A DNA stretch of 64,000 nt from an uncultured virus (IMG/VR IMGVR_UViG_3300044953_000297) (IMGVR_UViG_3300044953_000297), one strand, 5' to 3'; shown: positions 52,108-62,563, numbered from the stretch's first letter. Numbers and translations are program-made. The notes: generated by a model not told the origin, from the sequence alone.

Positions 52108-52965
52108 AGTTGTTTTGTTAGCGCACTGCCTATTATCGAGAAAACGATGCCTGATATTGATGTAAACAATGAGAAACAAATGACCAAAGCTATTTTGGAA
52201 GTTTGTACAGAAGCTCAAAATCATGTAAATGATACATTCAATATTATGGCAAAGAGAATGTTTAATGTGGTCAAACATCGTTTTGATGCAAAACAAGAGG
52301 TTATTGCCAAGACCAGTTTTTGGCTGGCTAAGAAACGATATGCTCAGTTTATCATTAATACGGGTGGTATTGAATGTGATGAACTTGAAGTCAAGGGTAT
52401 TGACGTTGTTAGAACATCTTTCCCACTTAGATTCCGTAAGTTTATGGAACAATTCTTACAAGATATTCTTCGTAAAGTTGATAAAGAAAAGATTGATGCT
52501 AATATTTTGAAGTTGGTAGAAGATTTGCCTACGTTTAATGTGATTGAGATTGCAAAGAACACTAGTGTAAAGTTTAAGAGTCAAGATGGTAAGAAAGAAT
52601 ATGCTCCCAAGAGTCGTAGTCCGTTTAAGTATGTGTTAGGCACACCCGCACAAGCTAAAGCAGCTATATTCTATAATGATTTACTTGAACAGTTTGGTTT
52701 GACTAGGAATACACCTAAGATTCTTCATGGCCAAAAGATTAAGTGGGTATATCTTAAACAGAATGAGTATGGTGCTGAAGGTATTGCTTTGAAAGCGGAT
52801 GGTACAGATCCGGATGAAATTCTTGAGTTCATTGAGAAGTATGTAGATAGAACTGCTATGTACGAACAAGAACTTAAAGGTAAATTAAAAGATTTCTATG
52901 ATGTATTGAATTGGGAATATCCATCTGTAAATGATGCAAAAGCAAACGAGTTTTTTAGTTTTTAA
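51982..52965 (+). CDS. Intein C-fragment + family B DNA polymerase C-terminal part
   Basis: HN/SCFV, KKRYA, KGIDVVR; tail NEFFSF. Confidence 0.93.
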   Translation: MNYIIDEIESVEPLGEVQEDFYDVGMRDTPHTFFANDILVHNSCFVSALPIIEKTMPDIDVNNEKQMTKAILEVCTEAQNHVNDTFNIMAKRMFNVVKHRFDAKQEVIAKTSFWLAKKRYAQFIINTGGIECDELEVKGIDVVRTSFPLRFRKFMEQFLQDILRKVDKEKIDANILKLVEDLPTFNVIEIAKNTSVKFKSQDGKKEYAPKSRSPFKYVLGTPAQAKAAIFYNDLLEQFGLTRNTPKILHGQKIKWVYLKQNEYGAEGIALKADGTDPDEILEFIEKYVDRTAMYEQELKGKLKDFYDVLNWEYPSVNDAKANEFFSF

Positions 52966-53153
52966 TTAAAATTAAAGCTGTGTTTTAATAATATATATAT
53001 TAATGTTATGATTACAAAAAAAATAGAAGATTTAATTGTTATACAAAATAAAGACATTTCATTTGGAAATGTTGTTACATATTATATTCAATCCTCAAAA
53101 ATTTAATAGCAAACTAAGCGATTTCTACTCTATATTGAAGTGGGATTATCCAA
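52911..53153 (+). repeat. 243-bp direct repeat, copy 1
   Basis: Matches 54640-54882 (offset 1729). Confidence 0.92.
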
Positions 53154-53196
53154 CTCCAGAGAGTAGAAAGGCAGAAGAATTTTTTGGATTTTGAGT

Positions 53197-54072
53197 ATGA
53201 AATATAAGAAACTTTTACCTTTTCACGATGATGTAAAGGTTATGACCCAGTTTGGAGTTCTTCCTTTGTCTGTAATGGCGTTTTTAAATGATGATAAATG
53301 GGAGTGTGCTTATTTTGAACAAGACGAATCTGAAAAACGCAGGTCGGACGACTGTGAATACTTAGCCGGCCTTGGAATGAGTGAATTTAGCAGTGCCATC
53401 TGTGAGTTCATTGTCAAGTATTGGAGTTTGGAGAACGCAAACATAGTTGACCCATTTGCTGGCAGAGCTACACGAGCAATAATTTCTTCAAAGTTAAATC
53501 GGAAGTATGTCGGTTACGAAATTTCTCCAATGACATACACCCGAAGTCAGAAACAATATTTTAAGGCCAAGGTTGACCCAATTTTATATCTATCCGATGG
53601 TTGTCTTATGAAAGAGACTCCTGACGAGTTTGCCCATTTGGTTATGACGTGTCCTCCGTATGGTTCAATCGAAAAGTATGAGAGTGTTCCTGGACAGTTG
53701 AGCGACATAAAAAGCTATGACGGGTTTTTGACAAACATAAGTGTATGTGCATCAAATATATACAGAGTTCTTAAACCGGGTGGGTTCTGTTGTTGGGTAG
53801 TTGGTGATTGGAGAGACGGTTCTGGATATCATCAATTTAGCAACGATAGTATTAATATATTTAAGAAGAATGGGTTAATTCCCCATGACACCATTATTAT
53901 AAAGAACAACTCCCCCTTCGCTGCATTACAAGCCGGTAAGGCCGCCAGTAAAAGAATTTCTTCAAAGGTTCACGAATACCTTTTAGTCTTTCGTAAAGAG
54001 GGCGAATTAGACCTAACTGGATTGAAATTGACCGAAATAAACAAATCCGCTGAAGAATTCTTTGAGATGTAA
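53197..54072 (+). CDS. DNA (N6-adenine/N4-cytosine) methyltransferase
   Basis: DPFAGRAT motif I, TCPPY motif IV, LKPGG, HEYLLVFRK. Confidence 0.85.
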   Translation: MKYKKLLPFHDDVKVMTQFGVLPLSVMAFLNDDKWECAYFEQDESEKRRSDDCEYLAGLGMSEFSSAICEFIVKYWSLENANIVDPFAGRATRAIISSKLNRKYVGYEISPMTYTRSQKQYFKAKVDPILYLSDGCLMKETPDEFAHLVMTCPPYGSIEKYESVPGQLSDIKSYDGFLTNISVCASNIYRVLKPGGFCCWVVGDWRDGSGYHQFSNDSINIFKKNGLIPHDTIIIKNNSPFAALQAGKAASKRISSKVHEYLLVFRKEGELDLTGLKLTEINKSAEEFFEM

Positions 54073-54127
54073 AATAAGTTTACATTCAATACCTTTGTGA
54101 TAACCTAAAAACAGTCTTATACATAAT

Positions 54128-54694
54128 ATGAAAAAACAAATCTTAGACACATTCATTAAAAAATATTCACTTAACGGAATCATCAACTCAGTAAAGTGGG
54201 CAGTTGACTCCGACAAGAAAACCTTAAAGACAAATGCGATAACCGAAGAAAAGAACGTGTTGGTTTCAGTTGAGGTGGCAAACTTTGATTCGATTGGTGA
54301 AACCTGTGAATTGGGTGTCTATGAAACAAGTCGATTGTCAAAAATGTTAGCGGTGTTGGATGACACCGCAGAACTCGGACTTAATAAAAAGGACGACAAA
54401 ATCACCTCGGTTAGTTTTTCTGACGATGCCACTGATGCACAATTCATTACCGCCGATTTGTCGGTCATTCCTGCTGCTCCGAATTTAAAGAAACTCCCTG
54501 AGTTTGGCACAGAAATTGAACTTGATAAGGATTTTGTGGACCGGTTTATCAAGGCCAAGAGTGCGTTGCCAGAAGTTGACACTTTCACTCTTCTTATGAA
54601 CAAGAAGAAGAAACTTTTGGATTTCTATAATGTGTTGAGTTGGGAATATCCATCTGTAAATGATGCAAAAGCAAACGAGTTTTTTAGTTTTTAA
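54128..54694 (+). pseudogene. Truncated second sliding clamp fused to PolB C-terminal tail
   Basis: First ~160 aa paralogous to 59009-59746; ends DFYNVLSWEYPSVNDAKANEFFSF. Confidence 0.8.
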
Positions 54695-54882
54695 TTAAAA
54701 TTAAAGCTGTGTTTTAATAATATATATATTAATGTTATGATTACAAAAAAAATAGAAGATTTAATTGTTATACAAAATAAAGACATTTCATTTGGAAATG
54801 TTGTTACATATTATATTCAATCCTCAAAAATTTAATAGCAAACTAAGCGATTTCTACTCTATATTGAAGTGGGATTATCCAA
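54640..54882 (+). repeat. 243-bp direct repeat, copy 2
   Basis: Matches 52911-53153. Confidence 0.92.
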
Positions 54883-54925
54883 GTGAGAGTGATGCGACTG
54901 TTAACGAATTCTTCGGGTTTTAATC

Positions 54926-55744
54926 ATGAATATAGCTGTTTTATTTACAGGTCAGATACGAATAAATCATGATGTGGTTGAAAATATAAAATTTTTATTT
55001 TCGGAATTAAATGACGTTAATGTTGATTTTTTTTGTTCAACTTGGCATGAATCAAATATTGACTATAAATCTATTGAGACATTATTTAATTTTAAAATAT
55101 TTGATGTGGAAACGTATAATCAGTACACCACTCAATTTGTTGAAAATTACGATAAATTTTCCGAATTTTGTATAATTTATAAAAATAATGATCCGGATTA
55201 TATTTCAAGATCCGAACACGATTGGATGAATGGTGTTTGGAAAAATGTTCCGATAGTTTTCTACAAATTCAATCGTAGTATTAAATTGATTGAAAAATAT
55301 CAAGAACTAAATAATATAAAGTATGATTTGATTGTAAGAGTTAGATGGGATATTATATTTGATAATAAATTATCGTTGGAACATATTAATGAGGTAGTTT
55401 ACAATAATAAACTCGCGGTATATACACATTCAATATCGGAATATACAAATGTTTATGAAAAAATGAATATTGTATGGCCCGAGTTGTATAACACAGAAAA
55501 TTTAGGATATCATAAGTATGTAGATGGATGGGTTGATGAGACTGTTTATTATGGAAATCCATTTGTAATGAAATTATTTTCAAATATTTATGAAGAGTAT
55601 TTTGAAATTTGTAAAAATAGAAATTGTTGGATTGTGCATGTAATATTAAAAGAATACCTTAGAAAGATAAACATCCAAACAATTATACCAAAATTAATAA
55701 TATTATTAAAAAACACCAGAATATATCATTATTATAATTTATGA
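54926..55744 (+). CDS. Hypothetical glycan-locus protein
   Basis: IAVLFTGQIR...YDLIVRVRWD, same family as 37549 and 40268 genes. Confidence 0.6.
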   Translation: MNIAVLFTGQIRINHDVVENIKFLFSELNDVNVDFFCSTWHESNIDYKSIETLFNFKIFDVETYNQYTTQFVENYDKFSEFCIIYKNNDPDYISRSEHDWMNGVWKNVPIVFYKFNRSIKLIEKYQELNNIKYDLIVRVRWDIIFDNKLSLEHINEVVYNNKLAVYTHSISEYTNVYEKMNIVWPELYNTENLGYHKYVDGWVDETVYYGNPFVMKLFSNIYEEYFEICKNRNCWIVHVILKEYLRKINIQTIIPKLIILLKNTRIYHYYNL

Positions 55745-57117
55745 TTAAATTGATTGTTTTTGATTTGGATGGAGTTTTGGTTGAAACCAAAAAACTTCAC
55801 TATGATGCTTTTAATAAAGCACTTCATGATGTTGATCCAAAATATGAGATTAGTTACGATGAACATCTAGCTAAGTATGATGGATTGAGCACGCATAAAA
55901 AGTTAGATTTACTCAGCCGTGAAAAGGGTTTGAGTGGAATGGAATTTGAAAGTATATGGATGCGTAAACAACTGTATACTTCACAGATGTTGCGTGAATT
56001 GAAACCAGATACTAGACTTGTTGAAGTATTGAGAAAACTAAAAGAAAAAGCTACATATAAAATAGCGGTTGCGAGCAACAGTATTCGTGAAAGTGTCAAG
56101 ATAACACTTTTGAAATTGGGACTGTTGGAATATATTGACTTTTATTTGTCTAATGAAGATGTTAAATATCCAAAACCACATCCCGAAATTTATTTAAGAT
56201 CAATGATTAATTCTGGAGCTACTCCAAAAGAAACTCTTATTGTTGAAGATAGCGTGATTGGAAGAACTGCTGCAAACGATAGCGGAGCTTATTTGTTTGG
56301 AGTAAATAATCCGACTGATGTAACTTACGAAAATATTATGGATCATATAAGTTGTATAAACAAAAGTATTAAAAGACCTAAATGGCAAGGACGAAAAATG
56401 AATGTATTGATACCAATGGCTGGCGCTGGAAGCAGATTTGAAAAAGCCGGGTATACATTTCCGAAACCACTGATTGAGGTTCGTGGAAAACCCATGATTC
56501 AGTGGGTTGTTGACAATTTAAATGTGGAAGCTAAGTATATCTTTATCGTTCAAAAGAGTCATTTTGAAAAATATAACCTAAAAGATACACTGAATAATTT
56601 TTGTCCTAACAACGAAATTGTACAGATAGATGGTATTACTGAAGGCGCCGCTTGTACAACTTTATTGGCAAAACAATATATTGATACCGAAGATTCACTG
56701 ATCATTGCTAATAGTGATCAGTTTGTAGAGTGGAATAGTGAGGAATTCATTTATACATCAACAACGGGTGATCTGGATGGCAACATTCTTACTTTTAAAT
56801 CTACACACCCCAAATGGAGTTACGCCAAAATAAATGAACTTGGATATGTGAGTGAAGTCGCCGAAAAACGTCCTATAAGCGACATTGCTACAGTTGGTAT
56901 ATACTATTGGAGACACGGTAGTGATTATGTTAAATATGCAGAACAAATGATTAATAAAAACGTTCGCGTTAACAATGAGTTTTATGTATGTCCTGTGTTT
57001 AACGAAGCTATTGCGGATGGTAAAAAGATTAGAACATATAATATTGAAAAGATGTGGGGTCTTGGAACGCCTGAAGATCTTGAGTATTTTTTAAAAAATT
57101 ATAACGATATAAGATGA
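55741..57117 (+). CDS. HAD phosphatase - sugar nucleotidyltransferase fusion
   Basis: FDLDGVL, KPHP, VEDS; PMAGAGSRF..PKPLI, NSDQ, GLGTPEDL. Confidence 0.88.
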   Translation: MIKLIVFDLDGVLVETKKLHYDAFNKALHDVDPKYEISYDEHLAKYDGLSTHKKLDLLSREKGLSGMEFESIWMRKQLYTSQMLRELKPDTRLVEVLRKLKEKATYKIAVASNSIRESVKITLLKLGLLEYIDFYLSNEDVKYPKPHPEIYLRSMINSGATPKETLIVEDSVIGRTAANDSGAYLFGVNNPTDVTYENIMDHISCINKSIKRPKWQGRKMNVLIPMAGAGSRFEKAGYTFPKPLIEVRGKPMIQWVVDNLNVEAKYIFIVQKSHFEKYNLKDTLNNFCPNNEIVQIDGITEGAACTTLLAKQYIDTEDSLIIANSDQFVEWNSEEFIYTSTTGDLDGNILTFKSTHPKWSYAKINELGYVSEVAEKRPISDIATVGIYYWRHGSDYVKYAEQMINKNVRVNNEFYVCPVFNEAIADGKKIRTYNIEKMWGLGTPEDLEYFLKNYNDIR

Positions 57118-58133
57118 AAGTTATTGCTGACCTTAAATTTCCAAAAAGCATCTGTGTGCAGACAGGAAGTTTAGACCCAAATAGAGAAAGAATAATACCT
57201 GCACAAATTGTTGTTATTAAAAATAACATTGAGTTTTTACCATACATTGATCCATTAGAAATATATTTAAATCAACATAATTCTTCAATCGGTAAAACTT
57301 GGGATTTACATAATGACAATTTTGCTAAAAAAATAGCAAATTATGAATATGAAAATATAGTTGAGATAGGCGGTGGATCTGGAAACATATATAAAAAATA
57401 TAAATTGATTAATAAAAATATTAATTGGACTTTAATTGATTTAAACCCAACAATTGTTGATGAAAATGTTAAAGTTATAAAAGATAAATATAATATAAAT
57501 TACATTAACAAGAATGACACTGTTATTAGTTCACATTTTGTAGAACATATTAATGATATTGAAAATTACTTTGTAGAGTTACGATCAAAGAATCCAAAAT
57601 ATCACATTTTTTCAATTCCTAATTTCAAAAAGTATGCTGAGTCAAAATTTTGTTCAACGTTAATGTTTGAACATCCTCATTTTTTGACCGAAGAAAGAAT
57701 TGAATATATTCTACAAAAGACACAGTGGAGAATATTAGAAAAAAATTATTACCGAGATCATTCTATTTTTTTTGTTACCGAACCAAGCAATCATTCTGTT
57801 GACATTGAAGATTTCAATATAGACCAATCACAATTAATTATAGATTGGATTGATTATATAAAACGCAGAAGTGAAGATGTTAAGCGTATAGAAAAATTTT
57901 ATGTGTTTGGAGCACACTTTCCATATTATTATTTTTTAAATTTCGGAGTTAAAGAAGAACAAATTATTGCAGTTGTAGATAATGATAAATTAAAATGTGG
58001 TCGGAGAATGTATGGAACAAACACAAAAGTTATTCATTCATCTGACTTATCTGTAAATTCAGATATTGTAGTTGAAATGGGCCCTTACACACACGAAATA
58101 AAAGATAATTTATTAGGAATGAACTTTATATGA
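57114..58133 (+). CDS. Sugar C-methyltransferase-like protein
   Basis: VEIGGGSG, SHFVEH, EH, FGA...VDND..KCG. Confidence 0.7.
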   Translation: MKVIADLKFPKSICVQTGSLDPNRERIIPAQIVVIKNNIEFLPYIDPLEIYLNQHNSSIGKTWDLHNDNFAKKIANYEYENIVEIGGGSGNIYKKYKLINKNINWTLIDLNPTIVDENVKVIKDKYNINYINKNDTVISSHFVEHINDIENYFVELRSKNPKYHIFSIPNFKKYAESKFCSTLMFEHPHFLTEERIEYILQKTQWRILEKNYYRDHSIFFVTEPSNHSVDIEDFNIDQSQLIIDWIDYIKRRSEDVKRIEKFYVFGAHFPYYYFLNFGVKEEQIIAVVDNDKLKCGRRMYGTNTKVIHSSDLSVNSDIVVEMGPYTHEIKDNLLGMNFI

Positions 58134-58567
58134 AATTAATCGCTCACCGAGGTAATGTACACGGTCCTAATATCAATAGAGAAAATCAGCCTGATTATAT
58201 TAAAGATGCTTTAACAGATGGTTACGATGTTGAAATTGATGTCTGGTTCTTAGAAAATAAATGGTATTTAGGTCACGATGGACCACAATACAAAGTTAAA
58301 TATGATTTTTTAACACTGGATGGATTGTGGTTACATGCAAAGAACGGAGATGCATTTTATCATCTATTACAAGATTGTTATTGCAATGTATTTTGGCACA
58401 CTGATGAAGATTGGGTTTTAACAAGTAAAAATGATATATGGACATATCCAAATAAATTTTTATATCCAAATAGTATTTGTGTTTTACCAGAATTGGGATA
58501 TAATGGTGATATAAAGAACTGCAAAGGTATTTGTAGTGATTTTATATCTAGATATGAAAAAAATTAG
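58130..58567 (+). CDS. Glycerophosphodiester phosphodiesterase-like protein
   Basis: IAHRGN, EN, VEIDV, GHD, GICSD. Confidence 0.8.
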   Translation: MKLIAHRGNVHGPNINRENQPDYIKDALTDGYDVEIDVWFLENKWYLGHDGPQYKVKYDFLTLDGLWLHAKNGDAFYHLLQDCYCNVFWHTDEDWVLTSKNDIWTYPNKFLYPNSICVLPELGYNGDIKNCKGICSDFISRYEKN

Positions 58568-58970
58568 TGAATTGTTAACTATACCAATTGACGGTGCAAA
58601 AATTTCTCTGTATGCAAAACATCCATCTTATAATGTAATTGCGGATAAATATCAAAGGGTGGTAATCGGTCAACGAGGTCCATACATAGAATTTACAAAA
58701 AATCAAATTGTGGATACACAATTATATATTCCAAAGGGACAATTATATAGATTGAGTGATCCAAAAGTATACTACATTGAATTCAGAACAATTGAAAATG
58801 ATGTAAAGGTTTATTATCAAATGAGAAGCGTAGCATATGCTGATTATTTAATTAATCATTTTTATATAAGTCCATATGATTTATACAAAGATGATGGTGA
58901 ATGTTGTATATTGTCGCCGGTTGATGCAACAAAACATTCAGAAGAATTCTTTGACTTTGCGGTAAAATAA
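58554..58970 (+). CDS. Hypothetical protein with C-terminal EEFF motif
   Basis: RVVIGQRGPYIEF...YQMRSVAYADY; tail SEEFFDF. Confidence 0.6.
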   Translation: MKKISELLTIPIDGAKISLYAKHPSYNVIADKYQRVVIGQRGPYIEFTKNQIVDTQLYIPKGQLYRLSDPKVYYIEFRTIENDVKVYYQMRSVAYADYLINHFYISPYDLYKDDGECCILSPVDATKHSEEFFDFAVK

Positions 58971-59008
58971 CTTGAATGCGGGAACAGAATAGAGTAAACT
59001 AATAGAGT

Positions 59009-59746
59009 ATGAAAAAACAAACATTAAATTCATTTATTGACAAATATTCACTCAACGGAACCATTGAAAGTGTAAAATGGGTAGTTGACAACAACGATAA
59101 ACAAATCAAGACATCATCAATTAGTGATGACAAAAATGTTTTGAGCTTCGTAGTAATCAAAGATACCGCCGGTCTTGAAAATGCTGAGTTGGGTGTTAAT
59201 GATACTACCAAGCTTAAGAAGCTATTGAATGTTCTTGGCGATGAAGTAAACATCACATTTAATAAACGAGATGACAAGGTTGTATCGTTGTCTCTGAGTA
59301 CGGAAAGCACCGATGTACAGTATGTTACTGCGGATTTGAGTGTCATTCCAAATGTACCAGCTTTAAAGAAACTTCCACCATTTAACTTAGAAATTCCTCT
59401 AACTAAAGAATTTGTAAGTACATTTGTAAAAGCCAAGGGTGCTTTGAGTGATGTTGACACTCTTACATTCCTTAAAGATAAGAAAGACAAGATCAAGTTG
59501 GTTATCGGATATAGTAGCGTCAATAGTAATCGTATCAATATTGATGTAAAACCATCGGAAGGCAAAGATACCTTGGGTAAGACACTACATTTTAGTGCTA
59601 AATATCTAAAAGAGATTCTTACCAGTAACAGTGATTGTGAAAATGCTGTACTTAAGGTTAGTGATGCTGGATTGGCACATGTAGAGTTCAATAACGATAC
59701 ATTCAACAGCAATTATTATCTAGTTGAAATTAAGAACATTGATTAA
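59009..59746 (+). CDS. Sliding clamp (gp45-like)
   Basis: 245 aa between polB and clamp loader; FSAKYL and two-domain clamp pattern. Confidence 0.75.
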   Translation: MKKQTLNSFIDKYSLNGTIESVKWVVDNNDKQIKTSSISDDKNVLSFVVIKDTAGLENAELGVNDTTKLKKLLNVLGDEVNITFNKRDDKVVSLSLSTESTDVQYVTADLSVIPNVPALKKLPPFNLEIPLTKEFVSTFVKAKGALSDVDTLTFLKDKKDKIKLVIGYSSVNSNRINIDVKPSEGKDTLGKTLHFSAKYLKEILTSNSDCENAVLKVSDAGLAHVEFNNDTFNSNYYLVEIKNID

Positions 59747-59752
59747 TCATAT

Positions 59753-60025
59753 ATGAGTTTCTTTAGCGAAGAAAGTTCCTCTTCCGTCAAAAATCATTCT
59801 TTGTGGTCGGAAAAATATCGTCCGGATGTATTGGATGGTTATATCTGTGATAGCAATCTAAAAAGCATTATTACAGATTTTATCAATCGTAAAGACATTC
59901 CGCATATATTGTTACATGGTAATGCTGGTACTGGAAAATGTTTAGATTATGATGAATTTATAGATGTAGAAATGGAAGTAACAAACGATGAATATGAAAT
60001 TTTAAAAAAATATGAAATAAATTGA
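59753..60025 (+). CDS. Clamp loader (RFC/gp44) piece 1 + 28-aa intein N-fragment
   Basis: WSEKYRP, PHILLHGNAGTGK, then CLDYDE at 59939. Confidence 0.88.
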   Translation: MSFFSEESSSSVKNHSLWSEKYRPDVLDGYICDSNLKSIITDFINRKDIPHILLHGNAGTGKCLDYDEFIDVEMEVTNDEYEILKKYEIN

Positions 60026-60040
60026 AATCGTGATACTGTG

Positions 60041-60086
60041 TATAGTTATGCAGGATTTGGACTTTTCCGATACCGGCATAACTATA
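60041..60086 (+). promoter_or_regulatory. Hairpin over translation start region of HNH gene
   Basis: TATAGTTATGC/GCATAACTATA stem, inner TTGGA/TCCGA, 4 nt before ATG 60091. Confidence 0.6.
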
Positions 60087-60090
60087 AATT

Positions 60091-61060
60091 ATGAAAATAA
60101 TATATAAACAATATAAAATTTTATCGGATGTTAAAAATTATAAAGAATTAGAAAATTTTATTATATCAAATCATTTGTTGAAAAATTTCAAATCGTTCGA
60201 TGTAAAATTTATTAATATTATTAATGTGGAAATTAACAAGACCGATAAAGTCTCTTTTAAAATATTTAAAAACAATTTTATTAAAAAATGGGTTAATTGT
60301 GGTACTTTTTTAAAAACTGAATATTGGACTCAGAGAGGTTGGACAATGGATGAAGCCATTGAAAATATTAAAAAATCCAATCTAATTATTCAAAAAAATC
60401 AAATTTAAAAAATAAACCGTGAGCACTTAATACTAGAATTGAATTTTGGTTAAAAAAAGGATATTCACAATCGGAAGCGGTTGAAAAATTGAGAGAAAGA
60501 CAGTCGTGTTTTTCCAGAAATAAATTAATAAAGAAGTATGGCGAAGAAATTGGAAACAGAATAGTTGATGAACGAAATAAAAAATGGGTTGATTCTTTGA
60601 AAAAGAATAATGATTGGGATGCATTATCAATTAAAAAAGGAAATAATGGTTTGAATAAATATAAAAGTCTAAATGATATGATCTCAGTATATGGAGAATT
60701 GGAAGGTAGAATAATATTTTCGTTAAGATATTGGGGGAAAAAAATTTCAACCGTCGAAGAATTTAATGAAATAGACTTATTTAAAAAAAGAGAACGAACA
60801 TCATTATTTTACAATAAAAATTACAGATTTAAAATATTATCCAAACAAAATTTCAGTTGTGGGGAATGTGGGGAATGTGGGATTTCAAATAAAGAACGTT
60901 TATTTCATCTACATCATATAGATTTCGATAAAAAAATGATAAAATTGACAACTTGATCTTTTTATGTCATAATTGTCATGCAAAAACTACAAATGCGAAG
61001 TTAGAAAAAAGAAAATGCTTAATAGAAAAGTTTAAAAAATTGAATGAAAAATACACTTAA
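60091..61060 (+). pseudogene. Degenerate HNH homing endonuclease between intein halves
   Basis: W..KG.S..EA repeats, KYGEE.G; HHIDFDK..D.IDNLIFLCHNCH after frameshift; two frameshifts and an in-frame TGA. Confidence 0.78.
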
Positions 61061-61913
61061 AAAGTTTCGTATTCCAATTGGGGAACTGTTCACATTTTTC
61101 AATTTAAATGGAAATGATTATGACATTCCAAAGAAAATTTCCAGATTATTAAAAATAAAAACAGCTGACGGAAAATATACCGACATATTATATTTAATCA
61201 AAAAGTTTGGTAAAATTTATAATTATAAATTGGAAAATGGTATTGAAATAACTTGTGATGAAAACCATTTAGTTAAATCAAACGGAAAATTTACTTTTAT
61301 AAAAGACTGTACTTTGGTCGATACTATAAATGGGTCGTATAAAATTATAAATTCAACCTATCTAAAAGATGGTGATGTATATGATATGTCATTAAACGAT
61401 CCTCATGAATATATTACTTCATCTGGAATTATTTGTCATAATACAACCTTAGCTAAGATTATTGTAAAAAATATTCCATGTGATTGTGTTTATATTAATG
61501 CTAGTGATACTAATGGTATTGAGATGGTAAGAACTAAGATTAAGGGATTTGCTGGATCCGCAGGTTTCCAACCATTAAAAGTGATTATATTAGATGAATG
61601 TTTGGATGAAAATACTTTTGTTTATGTATTGAGAAAAGGTATTGAAACCAAAGTAAAAATAAAAGATGTCAATGAGAATGAAGATTTGATAAAATCTTTC
61701 AATATTAAACAATCTAAAATAGAATGGAGAACATTTTATTTGTGGGACAAAGGTGAACAAGAATGTGTGAGAATTGAATTGGAAAACGGAGAATCCGTAA
61801 TTTGTACATTAGATCATAAATGGTATGTTTTAAACGATAAAAACGAACCAATAAAAGTAAAAACAAAAGAATTAGTAGAAGGTAAATATGATTGCATTTT
61901 GTCTCCAGAATAA
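61044..61913 (+). CDS. Clamp loader piece 2: IntC (133 aa) - 52-aa extein - second IntN (104 aa)
   Basis: CDENH, VYDMS..PHEY..IICHN/TTLAK; INASD; VIILDE/CLDENT; CTLDH. Confidence 0.9.
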   Translation: MKNTLKKFRIPIGELFTFFNLNGNDYDIPKKISRLLKIKTADGKYTDILYLIKKFGKIYNYKLENGIEITCDENHLVKSNGKFTFIKDCTLVDTINGSYKIINSTYLKDGDVYDMSLNDPHEYITSSGIICHNTTLAKIIVKNIPCDCVYINASDTNGIEMVRTKIKGFAGSAGFQPLKVIILDECLDENTFVYVLRKGIETKVKIKDVNENEDLIKSFNIKQSKIEWRTFYLWDKGEQECVRIELENGESVICTLDHKWYVLNDKNEPIKVKTKELVEGKYDCILSPE

Positions 61914-61978
61914 AATTATTTGTCTCTTGACTCACAAATTTCATATATGTTATATAATAAAAAAGTAATTTAATTTAT

Positions 61979-62563
61979 ATGAAATTGAACGATATAATGA
62001 TTTTTGATATAAAAAGTGAAACGCCAATAATATTTGATTTAGGTGGACATAAGGGAGATTGGGTTCAGATAGCTTTAACTAAGTATCCGAAATCGATCAT
62101 TTATGTATTTGAACCCATAAAACTATATTATGATTTAATTTGTGATCGATTTAAATCTATAAATAATGTTAAAGTTTTTAACTTTGCTATTTCGGACAAA
62201 ACATATGAAACTGAGATTTCTATAGAAGGAGATCGATCATCTATTCATTTTGATTCAAAAACAATAGAGAAAGAGTGTATTAAAGTAAAGAATATCAGAG
62301 AATTTTTATTTGAAGAACAAATATTTTTTGTGGATTTAATAAAAATTAACATAGAGGGTGAAGAGTATAATTTATTAGAATACTTGATGAACACCCCTGA
62401 ATTATGCGTTTTTCAAAACTATGTAGTTCAGTTTCATAGAAACATTGAAAATCATATTTCTAGACGAAATTTTATATTAAACAACATTAAAAAATTCTAC
62501 GATATAATATTTTCTGTAGATTTTGTTTGGGAAGGTTGGTCTATTAAAAAAATTAAAAAATAA
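61979..62563 (+). CDS. FkbM-family methyltransferase
   Basis: DLGGHKG, VFEP, KINIEGEEY, VQFH. Confidence 0.85.
   Translation: MKLNDIMIFDIKSETPIIFDLGGHKGDWVQIALTKYPKSIIYVFEPIKLYYDLICDRFKSINNVKVFNFAISDKTYETEISIEGDRSSIHFDSKTIEKECIKVKNIREFLFEEQIFFVDLIKINIEGEEYNLLEYLMNTPELCVFQNYVVQFHRNIENHISRRNFILNNIKKFYDIIFSVDFVWEGWSIKKIKK

Noticed and set aside
52911..54882. Transposon LTRs or DGR template/variable repeats
   Set aside because: No transposase or reverse transcriptase; the copies are identical rather than adenine-mutated and derive from the polB 3' end.
58999..59712. Long antisense ORF over the clamp and many similar shadow ORFs in the track
   Set aside because: They fully overlap well-supported genes and lack motifs; attributable to codon bias.
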